Source: Chitinophagaceae bacterium (lineage in GTDB: Bacteria > Bacteroidota > Bacteroidia > Chitinophagales > Chitinophagaceae). Taken from it: a stretch of DNA of 33,463 nt. The position numbers and the translations under genes are program-made. How positions within the stretch are numbered: the stretch's first letter is position 1; each line of letters opens with the position of its first letter. The notes below the pieces were generated by a model. The model searched no databases, was not told where the DNA came from, and worked only from the letters and a program-made list of their open reading frames with translations. The stretch covers positions 1 to 33,463 of the forward strand of contig JANPAT010000149.1 of the NCBI GenBank assembly GCA_031430075.1, given 5' to 3'. This document shows positions 24,287-32,405 of this stretch, piece after piece.

Positions 24287-26803
24287 CTATTCAGTCAGAG
24301 TGATTTTACTATTTTGAAAATCAATGTGGGCTTCAACAAAACGTATTTCAGCATAGGTATAATTTTCGCTTAATTTTTCTTTGATTAAAGTTAATGATGG
24401 TCTTTCGTCAAATTCAGAAAATGCTTTTTCAACAATGCCAATTTTATGATAAGGCAACAGCTCTTCAATTTTAATTGTACCATTTGAAACGAAGTTGAGT
24501 AAATGACCTTCAATAGTTGATACAGTTAAATTTCTTTCTATGGCAACTTCTTGAATATTTTTTCCACTTTTAAATAACTCAAGTGAAATTTCTTTGGTAC
24601 TTGTTTTATTAGTTTTTGCTGGTTCTTTCTTCTCTGCAACTTTGATTTTTGTATGAATTAAAGAAGAAAGTTTATGTTGATTACAATAATTAATAATAGC
24701 TTCTAAAAAAATAAAACCATAATGCTCTACTTTAATTTTTCCAAATCCAGTGATTTGTTGTAATTCAGATTTTGTTTGTGGTAAATAAGTTGCCATTTCA
24801 TCTATACTTTTAGTGCTGGCCACCATAAAAATTTCTTCTCCAGTTTCTTCACAAATCTCATCTCTTACATCTTTTAAAATATTATACAAAACTGGATTTG
24901 TTTTATGCTGATATGTTGAAGTTGATTTTCCAGAATAAGTATTTACTTTAAATGGTGGATGAATAAATTGTTTTTTAGCATTTAAATATTTTTCAAAATC
25001 AAAACCATTCATTAAATTTTCTAATATGTATTTTTTAAAAGTAAGCAGTTCAAAAATTAATTTTATTAATTCATTAATTGTTTTTGAGTGATTTTTATTG
25101 TCTGTTACAATAGTGCAAAATTCAATGAATTCAATAGTTCTGGTTAATTCTGCAGTGAAATAGATTGCTGCTTTTTTAAATCTTTCTTGTAAAGGATTGT
25201 TCTCTTCTATAGTTAATTTATTATTTTCTAAAGTATTTAATTCATTAATAAAACCATTCCCAACTTTTAATAAATGATTTATTTTTTGGGATAAATTATT
25301 GGAGAATTCAAAAGATGATTTTGTAAAAGTGCTTTCATTCTCCTTGAGGATGCCTAATAGTTTTGAATTCGAAACAGCTTCTTTATTGTAATTAAACAAT
25401 TCTTGTAAAGTAGATAATTGGTGTAACTTTTTTTCGAAGTCAAGACTTTCCTTTAGCTGATTAATTTTATTCTGCTTACAATAATTTGAAATATGTTCAT
25501 CAATAAATAAACTTTTATTGGTGATTTTGCTTACTAAAATAATTCCATTTAAAGTTCTGCACCTACTTAGTGCAACATAAACTTGACCTGGAGCAAATGC
25601 ACTGCCAGCATCAATAATAGCTTTATCAAAAGTTAAACCCTGACTTTTATGAATGGTAATAGCCCAAGCTAATCGTAAAGGATATTGTGTAAAAGAACCA
25701 ATTACGGTTTCTTCAATAATTTGCTTTTCTATATTCAAAGCATATTTTATATTTTCCCATCTGTACTTATCAACTTTAATTTCATCAATATCATCTTTAC
25801 ACTTAACAAGAATTTCATCATCATTAATTTTTGTAATCGTTCCAATTTTTCCATTAAAGTATCTTTTGCTTTTATCTAAATCATTTTTGGTAAACATAAC
25901 TTGAGCACCAAGTTTCAATTCTAAGTTTTCTTCAACTGGATAAATTTTTTCAGAAAAGTCATCTTCAATAATTGCTTTAAAAAAATAAGATACTGATGTA
26001 AGATTTTGTAATGCTTCTGAATTTATTGCATCTGCTCTTTTATTATGAGTTGTTAAGGTAATAAACCCATCTTCATGGGTTGCATTAAACTCTGGTTTGT
26101 AATGTTTTTGCAATATTTCATAAGCATCTTCATCTAATGAATTATTTCTTATTTTATTTAATAAACCAATAAAGTTTTCATCATCTTGCCGGTATATTTT
26201 TTCAAGTTCAATATAGGCAGGATCAGTTTCTTTCATCACCATACTATCAAAAAAATATGGACTTGAATAATATTGTGAAAGTAAACTCCACTCTTCATTT
26301 GGAACAACTGGTGGAAGTTGATATAAATCGCCAATTAGTAAAAGCTGTAAGCCACCAAAAGGCTTATTGTGTTGATTCCTGTAGTGACGAAGAATCGTAT
26401 CTAAAGCATCTAAAACATCACAACGAACCATGCTTACTTCATCAATAATGAGTAATTCTAATTTCTGAATAATGGCAATTCTTTCTTTGTTCAGTTTTGT
26501 TTTTGCTAGTAATTGATGTTTATCTGTTGCAAACTCATTTTGATTTCCCCAATTTAATTTTTGTGGTACAAATGGTGTAAAGGGTAATTGAAAAAAAGAA
26601 TGTATGGTAACACCACCTGCATTTATTGCAGCAACACCTGTTGGGGCAACCACTGCAATTTGTTTTTGAGAATGTTCTTTAATGTATTTTAAAAAAGTGG
26701 TTTTACCAGTACCAGCTTTACCTGTTAAAAAAATGGAACGATTGGTGTAATGAATAAATTCCTCGGCAAGTTTAAAGTTTATATTCTTAGCATCTGTTTC
26801 CAT
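24287..26803 (-). CDS. PIF1/RecD-like SF1 helicase with C-terminal HRDC-like and HTH domains
   Basis: Walker A GKAGTGKTT. Walker B LLIIDEVSMV. GDLYQLPPV and the UvrD_C-like AITIHKSQGLTFD are present. The HRDC-like segment is LYNILKDVRDEICEETGEEIFMVASTKSIDEMATYLPQTKSELQQITGFGKIKVEHYG. A terminal HTH-like segment reads IQEVAIERNLTVSTIEGHL. I place the start at METDAKN (26803); the ORF track extends to 26824. Confidence 0.8.
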   Translation of the reverse strand: METDAKNINFKLAEEFIHYTNRSIFLTGKAGTGKTTFLKYIKEHSQKQIAVVAPTGVAAINAGGVTIHSFFQLPFTPFVPQKLNWGNQNEFATDKHQLLAKTKLNKERIAIIQKLELLIIDEVSMVRCDVLDALDTILRHYRNQHNKPFGGLQLLLIGDLYQLPPVVPNEEWSLLSQYYSSPYFFDSMVMKETDPAYIELEKIYRQDDENFIGLLNKIRNNSLDEDAYEILQKHYKPEFNATHEDGFITLTTHNKRADAINSEALQNLTSVSYFFKAIIEDDFSEKIYPVEENLELKLGAQVMFTKNDLDKSKRYFNGKIGTITKINDDEILVKCKDDIDEIKVDKYRWENIKYALNIEKQIIEETVIGSFTQYPLRLAWAITIHKSQGLTFDKAIIDAGSAFAPGQVYVALSRCRTLNGIILVSKITNKSLFIDEHISNYCKQNKINQLKESLDFEKKLHQLSTLQELFNYNKEAVSNSKLLGILKENESTFTKSSFEFSNNLSQKINHLLKVGNGFINELNTLENNKLTIEENNPLQERFKKAAIYFTAELTRTIEFIEFCTIVTDNKNHSKTINELIKLIFELLTFKKYILENLMNGFDFEKYLNAKKQFIHPPFKVNTYSGKSTSTYQHKTNPVLYNILKDVRDEICEETGEEIFMVASTKSIDEMATYLPQTKSELQQITGFGKIKVEHYGFIFLEAIINYCNQHKLSSLIHTKIKVAEKKEPAKTNKTSTKEISLELFKSGKNIQEVAIERNLTVSTIEGHLLNFVSNGTIKIEELLPYHKIGIVEKAFSEFDERPSLTLIKEKLSENYTYAEIRFVEAHIDFQNSKITLTE

Positions 26804-26888
26804 CGGGAAGTAAAAATAAAACAATTTTTAAGCGGTAATTAATTTTATTTGTAGTTCTTTAATTTCGTAACTATTATCATTCTGCCTT

Positions 26889-29336
26889 ATGAATAAAATT
26901 TCAATTACTTTTTTTCTGTTTTTTTCAAATCAGGTTTTTTCTCAAATATCCAATAGTTCTGAAATTTTTCTTCAAATTAAGAAACTTAAAATTTTAGGAA
27001 GTGTGTTATATGTTGGTGCTCATCCTGATGATGAAAACAATACTTTATTACCTTATTTAGCAAAAGAAAAATTATATAGAACTGCTTATTTAAGTTTAAC
27101 AAGAGGTGAAGGAGGACAAAATTTAATTGGCAGCGAACAAGGAATTGATTTGGGTTTAATTAGAACTCAAGAACTTTTAGCTGCCAGAAATATTGATGGT
27201 TGTGAACAATATTTTACCAGAGCTTTTGAATTTGGTTATAGCAAAACTTTAGATGAAACCATGAAAATGTGGGATAAAGAAAAACTTGTAGAAGATGTGG
27301 TTTGGGTAATACGAAAGTTTAAACCAGATGTTATTATAACACGATTTCCACCAGATAATAGAGCTGGTCATGGGCATCATGCAGCTAGTGCTTTAATTGC
27401 CAATGAAGCTTTTATTGCTGCTGCTGATACTACAAAATTTACTTATCAATTTGCAATGGGTGTAACAACCCATCAAGCAAAAAGAATTTTATGGAACACT
27501 TTTAATTTTGGAGCAAATAATACCACTTCTGAAAATCAATTGAAAAATGACGTAGGTGTTTATAACAATTTACTTGGCATGAGTTATGGAGAAATTGGTG
27601 CTATTGCTAGAACCATGCATAAAAGTCAAGGTGAAGGCAGACCCAAGCGTAGAGGTGTTTTGAATGAATATTTTTCTCATACTGCAGGATCAAAAGTATC
27701 GAAAGATTTGATGGATGAAGTTGATGTAAGTTGGAAGAAAATTAGTGATGATAATTCCATTGATCAACTCATTGATTCAATTATTAATCAATTTCAATTT
27801 GCAGAACCAGAATTAAGTGTAGCAGTTTTAAACAAACTATATCAATTAGTTCAACATTTACCAAACAGCAATTGGAAAAATTATAAGCTTTCAGCTATTC
27901 AAGAAATTATTGAGGCTTGTAGTGGCATTTTTGTAGAAGCTATAAGTAATCGGGAAAAAATTATTCAAGGAGATACACTAAAAGCAACATTTAATGTTTA
28001 CAACAGAAAAAATTTGTCAATAAAATTATTAAAAATTAATGTTGAAAAATTTGATACAACCCTTCAAAAAAGTATTTTAAACAGCTCTAATTTTTCATTT
28101 ACAAAACAAATTTTCGTAGCCGAAAATAGAAAACTTACTCAACCTTATTGGCTAGAAAAATCTATGCAGAATAATATTTTTGAAGTGGAAGATAAATATT
28201 TGATTGGAGAATCAAATTCTGCACCTGCTTTTATTGCATCATTTCAAATTAATATTGCAGGACAAGATTATGAATTTAAAAAACCTATATTATATAAATA
28301 TGTTGACCCTGTTAGAGGTGAGTTATATGAACCTTTAACTATTCTTCCAAAACTTACAATTGAAGTAGATGCTCCAATAAAAATGAAGGTTAAATACAAA
28401 GAGATTAATGCTTTAGTTAATGTTCAATCCAACACAAAAAATCTTGAAGTAAAATTCAATACCAACAATGATGTTTTACCAACTAAAACTAAATTAAAAT
28501 TTACTGAAGATAAAAATCTTCAACAAATTGCCATCAACATCAAATCAAAAGAAGAAAAAATATATACTATTGAATTAGTTGAACCAAAAACCAACAATAT
28601 TTATAATAAAACCCTTCACCAAATTCAATACAACCATATTCCTAATATTAGCTATTTCACTAATGCAAGTATTGAAGTAAAGAATTTGAATGTTAAAACT
28701 ATTGAGAAGAAAATTGGCTATATAGTTGGAGCTGGAGACTTTGTTCCTGAAGCATTACAACAATTAGGCTACGAAGTAGATTTTCTTTCAGAAAAGGATA
28801 TTACAATAAATAATCTTTCAAAATATCAAGCCATAGTTACTGGTATCAGAGCTTATAATATTTACGATTGGTTATTAATTAAAAATGATATTCTAAACCA
28901 GTATGTAAAAAATGGTGGAAACCTTATTGTACAATATATTAAGAGTAATACTCTTAATGGGAAAAAAATACAAGCTGGACCTTATGCTTTTTCTATCAGT
29001 GCACAATTAAGAATAACTGAAGAAAATGCACCAGTAAGTTTTGCTTTACCTAATAACATAGTTTTTCATCAACCCAATCACATCACACAAGAAGATTTTA
29101 AAAATTGGTTTCAAGAAAGAAGTACTTATCAAATTGAAAAAGCCGATAGTAGTTTTGAATATCCTTTAAGTATGCAAGATGTTAATGATAAACCAAGCAC
29201 TGGTAGTTTAGCTATTGCAAAATATGGAAAAGGAAATATGGTTTATTTAAGTTTAGCCATGTTTCGACAATTACCAGCAGGAGTTTCTGGTGCTTACAGA
29301 TTAATGGCAAATATTATTTCTTTACCAAAAAATTAA
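26889..29336 (+). CDS. Exported PIG-L/LmbE-family deacetylase with large C-terminal extension
   Basis: Signal peptide MNKISITFFLFFSNQVFSQ. The PIG-L motif is VGAHPDDEN and the second metal-ligand region is AGHGHHAAS. About 570 further residues follow, ending in a segment (IGYIVGAGDF...YQAIVTGIRAY) that looks like a GATase1/ThuA-like fold. Confidence 0.75.
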   Translation: MNKISITFFLFFSNQVFSQISNSSEIFLQIKKLKILGSVLYVGAHPDDENNTLLPYLAKEKLYRTAYLSLTRGEGGQNLIGSEQGIDLGLIRTQELLAARNIDGCEQYFTRAFEFGYSKTLDETMKMWDKEKLVEDVVWVIRKFKPDVIITRFPPDNRAGHGHHAASALIANEAFIAAADTTKFTYQFAMGVTTHQAKRILWNTFNFGANNTTSENQLKNDVGVYNNLLGMSYGEIGAIARTMHKSQGEGRPKRRGVLNEYFSHTAGSKVSKDLMDEVDVSWKKISDDNSIDQLIDSIINQFQFAEPELSVAVLNKLYQLVQHLPNSNWKNYKLSAIQEIIEACSGIFVEAISNREKIIQGDTLKATFNVYNRKNLSIKLLKINVEKFDTTLQKSILNSSNFSFTKQIFVAENRKLTQPYWLEKSMQNNIFEVEDKYLIGESNSAPAFIASFQINIAGQDYEFKKPILYKYVDPVRGELYEPLTILPKLTIEVDAPIKMKVKYKEINALVNVQSNTKNLEVKFNTNNDVLPTKTKLKFTEDKNLQQIAINIKSKEEKIYTIELVEPKTNNIYNKTLHQIQYNHIPNISYFTNASIEVKNLNVKTIEKKIGYIVGAGDFVPEALQQLGYEVDFLSEKDITINNLSKYQAIVTGIRAYNIYDWLLIKNDILNQYVKNGGNLIVQYIKSNTLNGKKIQAGPYAFSISAQLRITEENAPVSFALPNNIVFHQPNHITQEDFKNWFQERSTYQIEKADSSFEYPLSMQDVNDKPSTGSLAIAKYGKGNMVYLSLAMFRQLPAGVSGAYRLMANIISLPKN

Positions 29337-29337
29337 T

Positions 29338-29484
29338 ATGCAACAAAGAAAAAAAATTGGAGCTGTTACTTTAATTATTATTGGTTTGCTTATTGGTTAT
29401 GCAATTAAAAATGTTCGAGTGGGTTTAGTTCTTGGCTTATTACTAGGTTTGTTAGCCAGTGGGTTATTAACTAATAAAAATTAA
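29338..29484 (+). CDS. Small hydrophobic protein, 48 aa, absent from the ORF track
   Basis: ATG 1 nt after the PIG-L stop. Translation: MQQRKKIGAVTLIIIGLLIGYAIKNVRVGLVLGLLLGLLASGLLTNKN. It has two Gly/Leu-rich hydrophobic segments around a KNVR turn. The stop lies 3 nt before the next ATG. Confidence 0.55.
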   Translation: MQQRKKIGAVTLIIIGLLIGYAIKNVRVGLVLGLLLGLLASGLLTNKN

Positions 29485-29487
29485 TTT

Positions 29488-29607
29488 ATGGATAATCAAA
29501 ATAAAATTCCATTTTTCTCTTCATGGAAAAAATGGTATGTTTTTGTACTGCTCTTTTTATTGGTAGAAATTATTTTATTTTATTGGTTTACTAAATACTT
29601 TTTATGA
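29488..29607 (+). CDS. Small single-pass membrane protein, 39 aa, absent from the ORF track
   Basis: Translation: MDNQNKIPFFSSWKKWYVFVLLFLLVEIILFYWFTKYFL. Its TGA overlaps the symporter ATG in an ATGA junction (29604-29607), implying translational coupling. Confidence 0.55.
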   Translation: MDNQNKIPFFSSWKKWYVFVLLFLLVEIILFYWFTKYFL

Positions 29608-31316
29608 GTCAATTAGATTGGGTAGTGCTTACAGTTACTTTACTTATCATTATCAGTTTTGGCTTATATAAAAGTCGTACTTCAAAAAATTTAGATGGTT
29701 ATTTTTTAAGTAATCGCAGTATGCCCTGGTACCTTGTTTTGCTTAGCATAATGGGTACACAAGCAAGTGCCGTTACATTTCTTTCAGCACCTGGCCAAGC
29801 TTTTACAGATGGAATGCGATTTGTACAATATTATTTTGGGTTGCCTATTGCTATGGTGGTGTTGAGTGTAACATTTGTACCATTATTCAGTAAACTAAAA
29901 GTGTTTACAGCATACGAGTATTTAGAACAAAGATTTGATGTTAAAGTAAGAAGCTTTACAGCTTTTTTATTTTTATTATCGAGAGGATTATCAACTGGAA
30001 TTAGCATTTATGCACCTTCTATTATATTATCTTCTTTATTGGGTTGGGATATTTTTTACACCAATATTTTAATGGGTGGCTTATTAATTATTTATACTGT
30101 AAGTGGTGGAGCAAAAGCTGTTGCATATACTCAAACATTACAACTCGTTATTATTTTCTGTGGCATGTTCGCTGCTGGTTATTATATCATTCATTTATTG
30201 CCTAAAGAAATTGGTTTTATTGATGCTTTAAAGATTAGTGGAGCTAATGGAAAATTGAATGTGATTACAACAGGAATTACAAAAAATGGATTTGAATGGA
30301 AAGATAAATACAATTTAATTAGTGGTGTTATTGGTGGATTTTTCTTGGCACTCAGTTATTTTGGAACAGATCAAAGTCAAGTAGGCAGATATTTAACAGC
30401 AAAAAATGATAAAGAAAGTAAGATTGGTTTATTGATGAATGGATTGGTAAAAGTTCCTATGCAATTTTTTATTTTATTATTAGGAGCTTTGTTGTTTGTA
30501 TTTTATCAATTTAAGCCAATGCCTGTTTTTTTTGATAAAGCTGCTGAAACTAAAGTATATCAATCAGCTTATAAGGATTCATTTGCAAATGTTCAACATG
30601 CTTATTATAAAGTGCAAGAGCAAAAAAAGGTTTTAAGTATTCAACTTTTACAAAATAATAATGATGTAGTTAAATCAAAAATTAAAGAATTTAAAGTTCA
30701 AGAAGATTCCTTAAGAAAATTGGCCTCTCATTACACTGTGGTCTCAAAATCATCTGCTGATGGAAAGGACACTAATTATATTTTTTTAAGATTTGTAATT
30801 GATTTTTTGCCAAAAGGGTTAATTGGTTTATTAATTGCCATCATTTTTTTATCAGCTTGGGGTAGTATTGCTGCTGCCTTAAATTCTTTGGCAAGCTGTA
30901 CCATTATTGATTTTCATTTAAGATTTACTAAAAAAATATCAACAGAAAAACAACAATATAATTTATCTAAAATATACACTTTAGTATGGGGTGTATTTTG
31001 TATAGTAGTTGCTGAATTAGCTACTGGTATTGGAAGTTTAATTGAAGCAGTAAATGTATTAGGCTCCTTATTCTATGGTGTTATACTAGGTATATTTCTT
31101 ACTGCGTTTTATTGTAAAAACGTACAAGCAAAAGCTGTTTTAATTGCAGCTGTGATTACAGAAATATGTGTGGTTGTGTTATTTATACTAGATAGTAAAA
31201 ACATTATTGGTTTAGGTTTTTTATGGTTAAATGTTGTTGGATCTTTATTACTTGTTTTTATTGCTTTGCTTTTGCAAAGAGTTTTTAAAATAACCTATCT
31301 TCACACACTTAAATAA
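29604..31316 (+). CDS. Sodium:solute symporter (SSF) family transporter
   Basis: 570 aa and polytopic. The SSF-type segments are GYFLSNRSMPWY..., GGAKAVAYTQTLQ and YFGTDQSQVGRYLTAK. A hydrophilic insertion of about 90 aa is encoded at roughly 30535-30800. Confidence 0.85.
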   Translation: MSQLDWVVLTVTLLIIISFGLYKSRTSKNLDGYFLSNRSMPWYLVLLSIMGTQASAVTFLSAPGQAFTDGMRFVQYYFGLPIAMVVLSVTFVPLFSKLKVFTAYEYLEQRFDVKVRSFTAFLFLLSRGLSTGISIYAPSIILSSLLGWDIFYTNILMGGLLIIYTVSGGAKAVAYTQTLQLVIIFCGMFAAGYYIIHLLPKEIGFIDALKISGANGKLNVITTGITKNGFEWKDKYNLISGVIGGFFLALSYFGTDQSQVGRYLTAKNDKESKIGLLMNGLVKVPMQFFILLLGALLFVFYQFKPMPVFFDKAAETKVYQSAYKDSFANVQHAYYKVQEQKKVLSIQLLQNNNDVVKSKIKEFKVQEDSLRKLASHYTVVSKSSADGKDTNYIFLRFVIDFLPKGLIGLLIAIIFLSAWGSIAAALNSLASCTIIDFHLRFTKKISTEKQQYNLSKIYTLVWGVFCIVVAELATGIGSLIEAVNVLGSLFYGVILGIFLTAFYCKNVQAKAVLIAAVITEICVVVLFILDSKNIIGLGFLWLNVVGSLLLVFIALLLQRVFKITYLHTLK

Positions 31317-31322
31317 ATTGGA

Positions 31323-32396
31323 ATGAGTATTGAATTACAAAAACCTATAATTGGAATTTCTTGTGGCGATATTAATGGAATAGGAATAGAATTAATTATT
31401 AAATCATTTGCAAATAATGAAATTTTTAATTTATGTACTCCTGTAGTTTTTGCAAATAGTAAGTGTATCAATTTTTATAGAAAAGGATTATCTGAAATAA
31501 ATATTAATTACAATATCACTAAAGATTTAAGTCGCCTAAATCATAAGCAACTTAATATTTACAATGCCTGGGAAGATGAAATTCAAATTAACCCAGGAAT
31601 ACAAAATGAAATAGGAGGTAAGTATGCTTTAATTTCTTTAACAACAGCTACTCAGGCTTTAAAAGAAAATAAAATTGATGCATTAGTAACTGCTCCCATT
31701 AATAAAAAAAATATTCAAAGCGAAGATTTTAAACATAGTGGACATACACCTTATTTTAAAGAAATATTTGCTGCAAAGGATGTAGTAATGTTCATGGTTG
31801 CAGAAAATTTACGAGTTGGGTTGGTTACTGAGCATTTGCCCATATCGCAAATAGCAAATGCTATTACTAAAGATGCTATCATCAGTAAATTAAATATTAT
31901 AAACACTTCCCTGCAAAAAGATTTTGGAATAGATAAACCCCGTATTGCTGTTCTTGGTTTAAACCCTCATGCTGGTGACGAAAGTTTAATAGGTAAAGAA
32001 GAAGAAACTATTATTAGACCAGCTATTTTAGAAGCTAAAAAGAATATGATGGTTTTTGGACCTTATAGTTCAGATGCTTTTTTTGCACGTGCTCAACATG
32101 AAAAGTTTGATGCAGTTTTAGCAATGTATCACGATCAAGGATTAATACCATTTAAATCATTGGCTATTGGCGAAGGAGTGAATTATACAGCTGGCTTGCC
32201 TGTTGTTCGTACAAGTCCTGATCATGGAACTGCATTTGATATTGCTGGAAAAGGAATTGCAAACCATACCTCTTTTTTGGCTGCAATTTTCGAAGCTATT
32301 GATATTGTTAGAATGAGAAAAGGTTATGCAGATGCTCGTTCAAACCCATTAAGAAAAATGAGTTCAAGAATTATGGCAAATGCTGTTGATGAATAA
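31323..32396 (+). CDS. pdxA: 4-hydroxythreonine-4-phosphate dehydrogenase
   Basis: GDINGIGIE, GHTPYF, LNPHAGD, MYHDQGLIPFK and VRTSPDHGTAFDIAGKG are classic PdxA motifs. Confidence 0.9.
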   Translation: MSIELQKPIIGISCGDINGIGIELIIKSFANNEIFNLCTPVVFANSKCINFYRKGLSEININYNITKDLSRLNHKQLNIYNAWEDEIQINPGIQNEIGGKYALISLTTATQALKENKIDALVTAPINKKNIQSEDFKHSGHTPYFKEIFAAKDVVMFMVAENLRVGLVTEHLPISQIANAITKDAIISKLNIINTSLQKDFGIDKPRIAVLGLNPHAGDESLIGKEEETIIRPAILEAKKNMMVFGPYSSDAFFARAQHEKFDAVLAMYHDQGLIPFKSLAIGEGVNYTAGLPVVRTSPDHGTAFDIAGKGIANHTSFLAAIFEAIDIVRMRKGYADARSNPLRKMSSRIMANAVDE

Positions 32397-32405
32397 GCTT
32401 ATCAA

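Noticed and set aside
25653-25904. Two overlapping plus-strand ORFs (83 and 64 aa, the second at 25685-25879) inside the helicase gene
   Set aside because: They are antisense to the UvrD_C-like region of the helicase. Their I/F/S-rich low-complexity translations carry no motif.
26257-26448. 63-aa plus-strand ORF inside the helicase gene
   Set aside because: It is an antisense shadow overlapping the Walker B region.
21737-26824. Helicase plus two peptidase genes, considered as a candidate defence module
   Set aside because: The M16 pair is a standard housekeeping catalytic/non-catalytic duo. The helicase has no nuclease or effector partner. The flanks show no obvious compositional shift and carry no mobility genes.
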